Shown: positions 11,115 to 23,231 of the stretch, piece by piece | Position numbering within the stretch: position 1 is the first letter of the stretch | How the letters are laid out: each line of letters starts with the position of its first letter | Source: Laetmonice hystrix | Taxonomy: Eukaryota | Direction: 5' to 3' | Length of the DNA: 64,000 bases | Assembly: GCA_965235115.1 (NCBI GenBank) | Contig: OZ249440.1 | Span: forward strand, 8,928,001 to 8,992,000 | Notes under the pieces: model-generated | The model's input: the letters and a program-made list of their open reading frames with translations, nothing else | What the model was told of the DNA's origin: nothing | The model's database searches: none | Translations under genes and position numbers: made by a program

Positions 11115-11307
11115 CCCTTTAGCCGCGCATGTGCGCGTGCAGAAAAGCAGTGCACGGCAATTGATACAAAATTTACGGTACATCAAATCTACTACATTAT
11201 GACGTCATTATCAGATAGTACGCCAGTCATCTCCATGCCGGGAAGGACACAGCTTGTTTGAAAAAATGCGGGGGTGCACGGCAAATAGGTAGTGCGCGGC
11301 TAAAGGG
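11115..11307. mobile_element. 193-bp MITE with piggyBac-like CCC...GGG ends
   Basis: Perfect 15-bp TIR ccctttagccgcgca / tgcgcggctaaaggg; TTAA flanks not preserved (atgt / tttt). Confidence 0.7.
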
Positions 11308-12407
11308 TTTTACAGAATAGCACTGCTAAGTTAAAGAGTCTTGAATAAATTTCAAGTTTATAAATTAGAAAAATTTTCATATTCTCTTGCAAAAGTCAAG
11401 AGCCAATCTTTAAATTCAGAATAATTTCAGTCCAAGTTGCTTCTATGAAAACAAGTTGGCCAAGTGGCAGTTTATTCAAACTGGAGTAATTCGTATACAT
11501 ACAACTAAAGACCTGCTTAAACTAGGTACACTATATATTATAATGAATCTTGAGAAAAATGAAAATTCCGAATTTGGCTGTCAAATAGAATACCAGGAAA
11601 TGGTGATCTGCGAGTGAGTTTAATGTAATATGAAGTCAGGAGAGCACTTCTTAAAAAGTTCCTTTTGGAATGGCAATCTGATACATGTACATGTATATGG
11701 AGGAGAAGTAAACTAGTTTTTTAAAAACTGATCATGCCCAGCCCCACATAGCCATGATCATGTGCATGAGTTTAAATCTGGAGATCAGACGTGCAAGTGG
11801 CCCTCTCTTTCAGAATTGTCCCATTAAAAGTCATGAAAGTTAAAAAAGTAAGAAAAACTAGTTTTATCTTCAAACTTAAGTGTGGCACACAAATGTTGTT
11901 TACATAAGAGTCCCCACTGCACTCAGGGCAAGGTAGGCTCATGCTTGACGCCCTTAAACAGAGACAAAAAAATATGGTGTCATGATACTGTTTAAATATC
12001 TGTCTGGGCTGTTATGAGGACATGCTATATTTATGGTATATTAAATGGAGTGTTTGGGACAGGGTGTACACGTGTACGAGTTTAGCATGCTTACTTTGAA
12101 GGTGGAGTTTGTGTAATTATTCCTTCTGAAGCCAAGGCAAGGTACATGCTCAAATCAAGACGTTCATATTGCTCAGTGTATGAAATCTTATCAACAAGAT
12201 TTGATTGATTGTACCAAAGGTAGCAGAAACAACTGGAAATCGACACTGAACTATTGTTTTCAGTTTTCATGAGTAAGCCCCCATGGACAGGAATATGTGT
12301 ACATCATGTGTAATCATGCCGGGTTATTTGAATGTGCTCAGAAGTTCTTTTCCGACAAAATACAATTTTTAATATGGTGCTTTATTAAAATACCTTGGGA
12401 GGTATTT

Positions 12408-12515
12408 GTTATATATACATATATTTATCTATATATTTATATTTTTTATATCTACCTATTTATTTATCTATTTATTTATCTATCTATCTCTATTTATTAA
12501 TCTATTTATCTATCC
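12408..12515. repeat. Degenerate (TATT/TATC/AT)n microsatellite
   Basis: Run of tatt, tatc and at units. Confidence 0.85.
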
Positions 12516-14903
12516 ATAATCTTTGTTAAATTATTTGAAGAGCACAATTAGGCAAATTATGAACAATAACTAGTGCACAAATAAAAAATGTTTTCATTAT
12601 CGAATACTGTGCCATCTATAGCATAGCAACAGCTGTGCCCATGATTGGCATCACCTTCCGATGTGGGATATATGACCCAGCATATGCCTCATACTATCAG
12701 TATCATATTTTTTCCCCCCTGTCACTTGTTTACCCCAGATAGTCGACCAGTTTTAACAGCAAAATTTGGATGGTAAAACAGAAGGAATATAGGGATAGTC
12801 GAGCCGGGAATAGGGTTATTTTCTCCTGCCGTCGTGTTGGCCGCCGGACCAGCAATGGTTTGAGGAAGGCTGCGTTATGGCCACAATACAGCGTGTGAAA
12901 TATAGTTATTGACGGAAGGCCAGTCGCTTCCACTGACCTCTATTTACCCGTGGTCTGGGTGCCGACACTACAATTGACTTGGCGGGATCGGCTGCGTCTG
13001 CTCCATACGACTTGAGTGTCAACCCTTGAAACTTGTTTACCACAGATATCATTATAACCGGCTGATGGCTTTTTGTTTTATCTCCCTTTATATTTCATGT
13101 CAAATGAATACATCGGTGGGTTTAGCTATTAAGGGTTGAATGCTGAAAGCGCAGGTGGCCGGATAAGCCATTCCTGCAGAGTGGGCAATCATTTCTTTAG
13201 GTGTCGTTTGGTGGCAGCACCTGTCGAGCTTAATGGAGACGAAAACGATTACTAAAAGTAATGGGATACCGTAATATATATTATAATCAGCTAAATAAGA
13301 GGGAAAACTAAACAGTGTTTTTAGAATAGACATCAGTTTCTTAAGTTGGATTAGGCCTAGGCCCTACTTGAAGTTTCAGTACTTCAGGGAATGAACAAAA
13401 AGGGTTCAATGTGTGAAATCCAGTGGTTGGGAATATGCAATATTTATACAGTGTAATTAAACCGCTCCCAGTGACCGCCTGTACCCGGACTACATCAGTT
13501 TGAGTCGGAATAGATAAGTGATTTAGACAGACCGCGGCCCGTATCTCAAACACGTGCCGCGTGCCTGCCAGTATTCTGCGCCTGCTGGGGGTCGCCTGAG
13601 GCAAGGTCTCTTTCTCTTACACTACTCACAGGCGGGTGGGGGTGGGCAGTGTTTACAAACTGGTCTCCTTGCAGTCTGTCATCAGAGTCGACGGCTTGAG
13701 CAACGTATACCTGCTGTATTGTATACAGCCACAGGGATAGGAACGGGCGGAGAATTATTTTTCTATCAGAGTAAGTTAGTAACGTGCTTTATGTGTACGC
13801 CATAACTCACCTATAGATGCTGGACCTACGTGTAGGATGACATCAGTGTCAGGTCAGGTGTCGTCTTGTTATTCTCCAAGGGGAAAAGGATGATCATGGG
13901 TTGAAAAGGAATAACATATCGTTAAAAATGTCACTTTCTGGATCACGTAGCTATCATCAATCATAGAAGATTTTGGCGATCCTCAAAGTAGTGATCTGAG
14001 TGAAAACGATAAAAACCAAGGAAAGATAAAAAGTCCCATTTTGTCTATGACCAAATGAATAATAACAAAGTGCATCTTGTATTGAAGATAAATAATCGAA
14101 TAAATTATTTAAAGAAATGGAAGGAGAAAAGAAAAAGATCAAAATGATTAATAGGTCTATTTTCTTGTCATTTATTTAAAACCATACCTTCCCTACAAAC
14201 GTTTGACCTGAAGCCCGGAGGCAGTCCAAGATTTTATCTTGGTGGTCTGGCCGTCGTTTGAACTCAGTGAAAGCTTCTTCCTAACTTAAAAGCATGATCC
14301 GCGCAGGCAACTGTTGGTGGCTTCTCTCAACGTCTTCCTACTGGCTTCTCAAAGGTTAAAAACGCGATAATGTGCACAAAGTATTGGTAAACACTTCTAC
14401 CTCTGACCACCTGGTTATTGGCCAAAATATCACAGATAACATATTTATCTTCAGAGATCAAATGTCATGGCACCACACCGGAAGATTGACGGTGGGAATC
14501 TCGGGCAGTTATTTTAGCAACAATTGCGAGAATAGGAATAGAAGGGCAGTTCAGAAATGCCGCCAATTATCATTCATGATCATTAGGCCCAACTTGCAAA
14601 CCTTGCGCTTGATGAGCTTAACTTTGGCTTTTGTTTGTCTTTTGAGATAGAGAGACCTTTCTATATTTACAAATTACTACCAACCAAAAAACAAGATATG
14701 GAAGAGAAATAGAAGCGAGTGCACTGGATCCTATTAAATGCGATAGATGAAGAACGGTATTTTCTTTGATGTACTAATAAATTAAGACTAGATTCTGTTG
14801 GTCGCTAACTGAGCTGAACGATGTGAAAACTAAAAAAAACTACAGTAGGCCTAATCGGACTTCATTGTGGGGTTGTCAGAATGGGAAGTTGGAACAAACC
14901 AAC

Positions 14904-15862
14904 GTTTGGTGTGATCAGATCACACCTGGCTCCATGGTTTGTTGTGGTCAGATCACACCCGGTCCCATGGTTTGGTGTTTTATCACACCTGGCTCCATGA
15001 CCATGGTTTGTTGTGATCAGATCACACCCGGTCCCATGGTTTGATGTGATCAGATCACACCCGGTGGTGTGACCAGATCACACCCGGTCCCATGGTTTGT
15101 GTGACCAGATCACACCCGGTCCCATGGTTTGGTGTGATCAGATCACACCTGGCTCCATGACCATGGTTTGGTGTGATCAGATCACACTCGGCCCCATGAT
15201 TTGGTGTGATCAGATCACACTCGGCCCCATGGTTAGGTGTGATCAGATCACACTCGGCCCCATGGTTTGGTGTGATCAGATCACACCTGGCTCCATGGTT
15301 TGTTGTGATCAGATCACACCCGGCCCCATGGTTTGGTGTGATCAGATCACACCCGGCCCCATGGTTTGGTGTTATCAGATCACACCTGGCCCCATGGTTT
15401 GGTGTGATCAGATCACACCCGGCCCCATGGTTTGGTGTGATCAGATCACACCTGGCTCCATGGTTTGGTGTGATCAGATCACACCCGGCCCCATGGTTTG
15501 GTGTGATCAGATCACACTCGGCCCCATGGTTAGGTGTGATCAGATCACACTCGGCCCCATGGTTAGGTGTGATCAGATCACACTCGGCCCCATGGTTAGG
15601 TGTGATCGGATCACACTCGGCCCCATGGTTTGGTGTGATCAGATCACACCCGGTGGTGTGACCAGATCACACCCGGCCCCATGGTTAGGTGTGATCAGAT
15701 CACACTCGGCCCCATGGTTAGGTGTGATCAGATCACACTCGGCCCCATGGTTAGGTGTGATCAGATCACACTCGGCCCCATGGTTAGGTGTGATCGGATC
15801 ACACTCGGCCCCATGGTTTGGTATGATCAGATCACACCCGGCCCCATGGTTTGGTGTGATCA
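14904..15862. repeat. 33-bp minisatellite, ~29 copies, unit ggtgtgatcagatcacacccggccccatggttt
   Basis: Directly visible tandem array; each unit contains the inverted repeat gtgtgatc-a-gatcacac. Confidence 0.97.
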
Positions 15863-16264
15863 GTGGAGCACCCATCCGCCAGCCGGCCGGGTGCACGGAA
15901 CGAGGTCCCAGCCAGGACAAACTCCCGTTATCTGTCCAGGGCCGTAGTCTGGCCCAAATACGCGAAGGGGGCAGTGCCTCCTGAGCAATACCAGGTGTCA
16001 ATTCCAGTGTTAATGTTGGGGATCCAGGTTAAACCCTTAGCCCAATAATATTTTTTTTAAACTGGAAATCCCGGGGGGGGGGGGGCGGTCCGCAGGCTAC
16101 GGCCCTGCCGTCTCCGCCGCCGCGTGTCTGGCCTATGAACAGTGCTCAGGCCTGCGTCTCACTGACACACTTAGCTCACCCAGAAATAGGTCACCATTCA
16201 ATACGGCCATGCCGAGAACGAAGTTGGCGGCAGGCACGAGTCTGGGCCATAGATTACATGCCTC

Positions 16265-16381
16265 CCTGCATATAAACAGAGAAAACGTGGCAAGGTATCC
16301 GCACGAAAACTTTGCCGCTTCTTCCCGGGGTTCATGAGTACGCATGCGTACCCTGCTCTTCTCGGGTCTGTGGTCGCCATA
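16265..16381 (+). promoter_or_regulatory. Putative TIA1/TIAL1 promoter and 5' UTR
   Basis: TATAAA at 16271-16276; perfect 14-bp palindrome gtacgcatgcgtac (16338-16351, NRF1-like core); CpG-rich; immediately precedes the start codon. Confidence 0.45.
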
Positions 16382-16393
16382 ATGTCGAACCAG
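16382..16393 (+). CDS. TIA1/TIAL1: TIA1/TIAL1 orthologue, first coding exon (MSNQ)
   Basis: gccataATG TCG AAC CAG|GTAACA; phase 0 matches the next exon across an 80-nt intron. Confidence 0.7.
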
Positions 16394-16473
16394 GTAACAT
16401 GACTTTGCCATAGGATTGACGGAATCTATGTCCTCCCCAAATAGGGAACTTACAATTTACTTTATTGTTTCAG

Positions 16474-16505
16474 AGTAACGGAGAAGAGACGCAGCCCCGC
16501 ACGTT
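16474..16505 (+). CDS. TIA1/TIAL1: TIA1/TIAL1 orthologue, 32-nt exon (SNGEETQPRTL)
   Basis: Acceptor tttactttattgtttcAG, donor TT|GTGAGT (phase 2); QPRTL precedes YVGNL as in TIAL1 (QPRTLYVGNL). Confidence 0.88.
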
Positions 16506-16670
16506 GTGAGTAGCATCCTTGTATTGCTGTATAATAAGCACTAATCATTTGCCGGTTTGTGATTTGAAACAGTAAAGTTCCCCCGCCGATGTTTGGTTGT
16601 GGGGAGGGAGGGTATAGGATATTTTTGTGGGAAAACCTCATACGTGATTCATTGTTATCTTTGACTCCAG

Positions 16671-16767
16671 GTACGTAGGAAATCTCCACCCGTCAGTCAC
16701 AGAACAACTCATCTTGACTATATTCAGTCAGATCGGACCTTGCAAAGGATGTAAAATCATACACGAG
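16671..16767 (+). CDS. TIA1/TIAL1: TIA1/TIAL1 (TIAR/Rox8) RNA-binding protein, RRM1 exon: [32 protein letters not shown]
   Basis: Acceptor tatctttgactccAG, donor GAG|GTGAGT; 97 nt, phase 2-0; the peptide matches the TIA1/TIAL1 RRM1 signature YVGNL..VTE.LI...[11 protein letters not shown]. Confidence 0.95.
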
Positions 16768-17146
16768 GTGAGTGGCAGAGCGTTTTTCTTGTAGCTCCCC
16801 GAAACTTTTCTACTTCGCAAGTGTCGTCGACTGGTTGAAGACGGAGCGGTTTGTCCGGGAAGTTTTGCCGAGTTTTCCACCACCCCCGTCAACATTGCGG
16901 TGGTATAGAACTACCCAGGCTCCGTGCCTGTCGACCGTGTGTGCTGTGCCCCGCCGGCCGGCAGCGCCCCCTCCCACTCCCCCGGAGCGCCCGCCCGCCC
17001 GCCTGTCCGACTCCCGCGTGTTTCCTCCAGGCAGACGTCAGCGGGCGGGAGACGAGCACAGACCCGGGATGTGGGTGTGGGTTTCGCCGCCCGTTCGCTC
17101 GCGATAATAGATGAATAGAAGCGGTAAGATCGGCTGCCGGGCGGCA

Positions 17147-17633
17147 CCGAACGACCAGTCGCCGGCCTCCAGTGGCTCATAGACCCCGGCACCACCGACC
17201 GACCGGTCGCCGGCCTCCAGTGGCTCACAGACCCCGGCACCACCGACCGACCGACCGACTGGTCGCCGGCCTCCAGTGGCTCACAGACCCCGGCACCACC
17301 GACCGACCGACCGGTCGCCGGCCTCCAGTGGCTCACAGACCCCGGCACCACCGACCGACCGAACGACCAGTCGCCGGCCTCCAGTGGCTCATAGACCCCG
17401 GCACCACCGACCGACCGGTCGCCGGCCTCCAGTGGCTCACAGACCCCGGCACCACCGACCGACCGACCGGTCGCCGGCCTCCAGTGGCTCACAGACCCCG
17501 GCACCACCGACCGAACGACCGGTCGCAGGCCTCCAGTGGCTCACAGACCCCGGCACCACCGACCGACCGACCGGTCGCCGGCCTCCAGTGGCTCATAGAC
17601 CACCGACCGACCGACCGACCGACCGACCGACCG
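17147..17633. repeat. CpG-rich composite minisatellite, 9 copies of gtcgccggcctccagtggctca(c/t)agaccccggcaccacc separated by variable (GACC)n
   Basis: Directly visible; unit length about 48-56 bp; ends in a pure (GACC)n run. Confidence 0.95.
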
Positions 17634-17989
17634 CTTTTAATCGCTGTCCGCAGTTTCCAGCCGATATACCCGACACGTACTTCTACTGATGCGGTTACCG
17701 ACACCGATTTTAACACTTTTTTTAAAGACAAAGGAGGATAACAAAATAGCAGCGTAATGGAGACTTGTTAGTGTGTTTCAACCAAAGTACAGGTCGTATG
17801 TACAATTCTGATGAGATCTGTGAAAAGATGTTTTGATATATTTTGAGCAGTACATGTAGTTGGAGATGCGGAGAGGTGGGCAGATTTCTTTCCAGTCTTT
17901 AAAAAATACTGGATTAGGGGGGGGGGGAGTAGAGCAGGAATGGGGAGGGGGCGCCTTCCAGGCCTCCAAAAAAGTATGCAGTAACTCAA

Positions 17990-20660
17990 CTCCTCAACAT
18001 GTTGCAGTATTTGCGCTCTAGCCGGTCAGGGATGTCAAACGTTTGCCAGACAACCCTGAACCCAGTGGGGTGACTAGGTGCATCTTGCAGGAGGTGGGCA
18101 TCCATCAACAGGCGGTATTTATGAGGGGGGGGGGAAGTGAGAGAGCAGATCAAACTGGTATTTGACATATGTTAGAGATCTCGGACATGTTGATGATGGA
18201 GCCCCTATGTTGGATGTGGCCAGCTGTTTAGGGCAGAGACTAGAAACAGGCCGTTCTGACCCAGGGCTCCAAGCAGCGCTGATGGCGAGCTGACCTAGAA
18301 ATGTAGATGTTATAGTTCACCAAGTTCAGCTTGGTGACCCCAAGTTGTGACTGACTTGGTGTAGGTGGTTGGCTTACTCCAACCTGGACTGCCTGCCGGG
18401 TATGCCCTCAAGTCAGTCAGCAGACAGCCGGTGACTTGTGTCGTCGTGGCTAACAAAACCTAGCACTTCTCAAGATCTGTCTCTCTTGTTCCTGGGCGTA
18501 CTTTAGGCTTACACTTTAGCGCTTAGGGATGTCATCGACCTGGGGCCTTAGCCTAGCCTTAGGCGGACAAACACCATGCACAGTTAAACAAATATACAAG
18601 AATCTTTTTTACAATAAATAAAACTTGAAAGAAAAATAAGGCGGTTTTATTCATACCTGTTAGGTATTAATGGGAAAATAATATTTGGACTATATAGATC
18701 TACGTATCAGTTTTAATAGTATTATTGTGGTTGTTGTAAGAGTGGTTTGGTTCTCAATGTCAAACCCTTAAAAGCTTAAAATACAGAGTCGTGCTAACGT
18801 TATTTATAGGAACAGGGACCTGTTAACCTAATTAAAAGAACCTGGGTCCTCGTAGCTTAAATTGTTTGGAAAGTGAAAACTCCCCACTCTAAATTCCTGT
18901 CTGTTGAAACTCTCTCAGAACATCAACTGTTGAAGGATTACTGGTATATCATTACTATAATTCATTTTGTGGATATGGAGGATTATATCTTGTCTGTATA
19001 GTCTGTACTCATGTAAATAGGCTTTTACTGATTATGACATGTCCTTATCCTCAACCGAGCCTTTATTGCTTAAGTTTATACAAGCCTTTTTAAGACTCCT
19101 TTCCAAGTTTACATTAACAAAACAGGTGCCATTTCACGGGATACATTCTGTCGCTGCTTTGAAGTTGAAGGGAGATATCACATAAATGCTAGGAAATGAT
19201 CTACCATTAGACAACTGGTACCGTTTCTTTTGTAAGCGATCTTTTAGTTTTCCTGAATCCATAGTCCTTAAATTTCTATAAGTTAGATATATTATGCATA
19301 TCTCCTGACATACCTTAGGATATCAGTATTTCCTGCACAATCACCTTCGGTGTGTGTGTGTGTGGGGGGGGGGGGGCGGGGCGCTAGGGGTAAGCTAGCA
19401 AAATAAAGCCGTATACATTTCTCCTCAATCGTAATGCCTTTGTCTCACAACAACAAAGTGGAAGACCTAGGACGTAGATACCCAGGGAACCCCGCCGTAC
19501 TTGTAATTGTATCCCTTTCACACCGACCTACCTGAGGCTTTACATGAAAAGGCCGACGATTGCATGTCACATGATGGCACAAAAGGGTGTGTCGCCGTAT
19601 TCGTCTTGATAATACACGTATGTGTTGATGGTGAGCCAAACACCGACAGCATTGTCTTGACTATGCCGAGTGTCTGGCGTGAACCTCTAGTCGTGCCATG
19701 TCAGGAGACTGTTCAAAACTTGATTATTGTCACAGACAGAGAGGAGAGATGTTCCTGGCCAAGTTCTCCTCCTCCTCCCAGTTCTGCCTACAATAACTGT
19801 TGATTCATTACGAGCGTGTTGGCGGGTCATGAATGGTAAAGTGGGAAGAGGAGGGTGGAGGCTTTCTAGAGCCAGGAAGGTTTGGCCCAGCATAAGGTCA
19901 GATGTCAAATAGCACTGCTGCTAAATACACGGCCAGCGTCTAGTGATGTGGGTGGTTGCATTGTTGGGGGTTCTACCGTGTTGTGATACATGAGAGGAAG
20001 AGTGAATTACGAGTAGGACATGGAAGGGTAGTGGGGGAGGGGGGGGGGGGTGGGGGCTGAGTGGCTGTCTGGCTGGGGGCCAAGGAGCCGAACTGGTGAA
20101 GGGGACCACCCATGGCACCAAGAGTCTGTAATATAGGGAGGGGCGGGGGGGGGGGGGGACGCCTAGCTGATGGTGGCTGGGCCATTGGTGTCTCAAAATC
20201 CTAAATTGTCCCTGGTACAAAATCATTAGGTCTTCTTCCGATAGCCATGTAATCTATTTCTCTTGGCACTGGGACAGGTTGGCGCGAAAAGTGATAACAA
20301 GTAAGAGTTGCTACATTAGGCCGGTCGAAGGGAGCACAGGTGGGAAGTGTTCACATAATCCGTGTCCACACGGAGGACTCTCCCCCAATCCTAGATTCGC
20401 TCGGATTTGCTCACTGTCCCTCCGTTTGTCGTCAATAGAGCTGAGCGTACTCTGATCTCTTCGTGTCGATGGAGCACTTGAAGCCAGACTCGGAGACCGG
20501 TGTCCGAACGGTGTCATTTTACCAGTTTGTAAAGAGAAGACGTATGAGGAGGAGATCAGACGTGTACCAAACGAGTCCACCTGTAATTAGTTGTAATAAT
20601 GGACTGTGGAGGATATCGACAGCATTGGTGTCATTTGAGGACATGTCGCTTATTGCAGTC
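17990..20660 (-). mobile_element. Highly decayed non-LTR retrotransposon fragments
   Basis: Stop-riddled minus-strand translations with endonuclease-like pieces (e.g. ITGGLVWY near 20570, resembling APE RGGGVAIY); boundaries approximate. Confidence 0.3.
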
Positions 20661-21773
20661 TGACAAGTTACAATACATTAAAGATGAGGAAGCGCGGTGA
20701 TACAATCCTAGGTGTCAAACCAGTTCTTCCTATATAGTGGAAGGATAATTCAAAACTCTACATTTTTGCCTCCTGCTTATACGGGCTTGATTTCTAATAT
20801 TGTCGGATATAAATTGCGGGCATTTTAAAAGCATTTGATTCTTGGCTGGTCTTGCAGCAACGCTTTTATTGTTTTGGCATATGGTTTAGTGTAAGTTTCC
20901 AAGTTTCCCAGTTCCACTTTAAGTGTGTTAGGGGCGGACCATTTGATATACAGGAGGGATAGGATAAGGTTTTGGCTAGTGAGTGTTGGACCCAAACATC
21001 TCCATGCAACAGGTGGGCAGAGGTTTCTTCATAGAAGTTTCTGAGTTTGCTGAGTTTGCCCCTCCGCTCTTGGCAGATTTCCCGCTCAAACCCCGCCCCC
21101 TTTTTTCCCAAAAATATTGATCCCTCCCCCTGTATTGCTGCACGGTCTCTGTGCTATTTGAGCAGCCCCTTTGTCCTGACACTAGTGGGGGAGGAGGCGG
21201 TGGTTGGGGGCTGGGTGAGGACTAGCACAGAACAGTTGTTTGTGTGTTCAGGAGGTACAGATTTAAGATATGTCTAGGAGCTTATTTACGGGAGGGGGAA
21301 GCTGTATGTTGGATGGAGAACCTGCGCGGCATCGCTGGTAGAATAATAGATTGTGTGCTACATGAGGATAGGTCACCATCTCGGCCGGTCGCCCTAGCTG
21401 GCTGGTCGGTCCGTCTGTTTGATGATGTGTTAGAATACGGTTTGATTGGTTGGCTGTTGAGAGGATGGATTGGTCGCTGTGTTGTATGGATGGATTGATT
21501 GATTGGGGGATGGATGGATGGATGGTCTCAGCTGGTCGTACCTCTTCCACATCTGACTTGGAAAACATTGGTGGTGTTTTTTCACGAAGGGATGTCGGCA
21601 AGCTAGTCGATAATAATTTATGGGGCCTTAGATCGATTCAATTCTACATATTAGACGTTGTGGATGAGCTGCTGATTCATGATCTTGGTCCACGACTGAA
21701 CGTCCTCACGTGCTGGGATTGGCTAATTAAACTGCCGCTTTCTTATCAAACTCTGGACAATGAGTCAGTTTAC

Positions 21774-22931
21774 GTCACGTGGTGGCATTGCCGCTGGTCC
21801 CCGATTGAACATCACGTGGCAGGATTGCCGCTGGTCCCTGACTGAGCATCACGTGGCGGGATTGCCGCTGGTCCCCGATTGAACATCACGTGACGGGATT
21901 GTCGCTGGCCCCTGACTGAGCATCACGTGGTGGGATTGCCGCTGGTTCCCGACTGAGCATCACGTGGGGGGTTGGGCTGGTTCCCGACTGAGCATCACGT
22001 GGTGGGATTGCCGCTGGTCCCTGACTGAGCATCACGTGGCGGGATTGCCGTTGGTCCCCGATTGAACATCACGTGGCAGGATTGCCGCTGGTCCCTGACT
22101 GAGCATCACGTGGCGGGATTGCCGCTGGTCCCCGATTGAACATCACGTGACGGGATTGTCGCTGGCCCCTGACTGAGCATCACGTGGCGGGATTGCCGCT
22201 GGTTCCCGACTGAGCATCACGTGGGGGTTGCGCTAGTCACTGACTGAGCATCACGTGGGGGGTTGCCGCTGGTCCCTGACTGAGCATCACGTGGCGGGAT
22301 TGCCGTTGGTCACTGACTGAGCATCACCTGGGGGCGGGATTGCCGCTGGTCCCTGACTGAGCATCACGTGGTGGGATTGTCACTGGTCCCTGACTGAGCA
22401 TCACGTGGCGGGATTGTCACTGGTCCCTGACTGAGCATCACGTGGCGGGATTGCCGCTGGTCCCTGACTGAGCATCACGTGGCGGGATTGCCGCTGGTTC
22501 CCGACTGAGCATCACGTGGCGGGATTGTCACTGGTCCCTGACTGAGCATCACGTGGCGGGATTGTCACTGGTCCCTGACTGAGCATCACGTGGCGGGATT
22601 GTCACTGGTCCCTGACTGAGCATCACATGGCGGGATTGTCACTGGTCCCTGACTGAGCATCACGTGGCGGGATTGCCGCTGGTTCACGACTGAGCATAAC
22701 GTGGCGGGATGGCCGCTGGTTCCCGACTGAGCATCACGTGGGGGGTTGCGCTGGTGCCTGCCTGGTCTATGACTTGGTGACCTAGTTCAGATGCAGGGAG
22801 ATGCAGGAAGATTGTCACTGGTCACTGACTGAGCATCACGTGGCGGGATTGCCGCTGGTTCACGACTGAGCATCACGTGGCGGGATGGCCGCTGGTTCCC
22901 GACTGAGCATCACGTGGGGGGTTGCGCTGGT
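21774..22931. repeat. 37-bp minisatellite, ~30 copies, unit gactgagcatcacgtggcgggattgccgctggtccct
   Basis: Directly visible; contains CACGTG; the distal end carries a 176-bp duplication that includes unique flank. Confidence 0.97.
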
Positions 22932-23161
22932 GCCTGCCTGGTCTATGACTTGGTGACCTAGTTCAGGTGCAGGGAGGGGTTCCCGGTATACGTACAGCCT
23001 GGCACAACCTGCGGCATCAGGTCTGGATTTGTGACTTTTTACAGAGAGCAGGGATGATATCTGGGACAAAAACCGGTGGCAGGGGTGGGGTGGGTGTTTG
23101 GGGTCGGCTCTGAGCCATGCGCTCGCCATTGCAGCAGTTGCGGAGAAAGATTACCGGGACC

Positions 23162-23231
23162 GGTCTGCAATGGGATTTGAAACCTGAGGCTTCCTGACCC
23201 AGAGCTGTCTACTGAACTGCTATCTCAACCC
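23162..23231 (-). other. tRNA-like head (SINE or tRNA pseudogene) with degenerate Pol III A and B boxes
   Basis: Minus strand gggttgagaTAGCAGTTCAGTAGACAGC...GGTTTCAAATCCC; the B box is one mismatch from GGTTCRANTCC; no clean cloverleaf. Confidence 0.35.

Noticed and set aside
13400-13600. LPVTAC fragment resembling the hAT dimerisation domain
   Set aside because: Short match with stops; the ERSFS motif is absent.
14904-15862. Resemblance of TGTGA-TCAGA-TCACA to the bacterial CRP site
   Set aside because: Spacer is 5 nt rather than 6 and the DNA is eukaryotic; coincidence.
15097-16001. 295-aa, 151-aa and other ORFs (WCDQITPGPMV)n
   Set aside because: Translation of the 33-bp minisatellite; no coding context.
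7195-16767. Joining the Gly-rich exon to the TIA1 RRM exon as one gene
   Set aside because: Phase mismatch (0 versus 2), and TIA1 has its own compatible upstream exons.
17147-17633. CRISPR-like repeat-spacer appearance
   Set aside because: Spacers are (GACC)n rather than unique sequence; no cas genes; the same applies to all other arrays.
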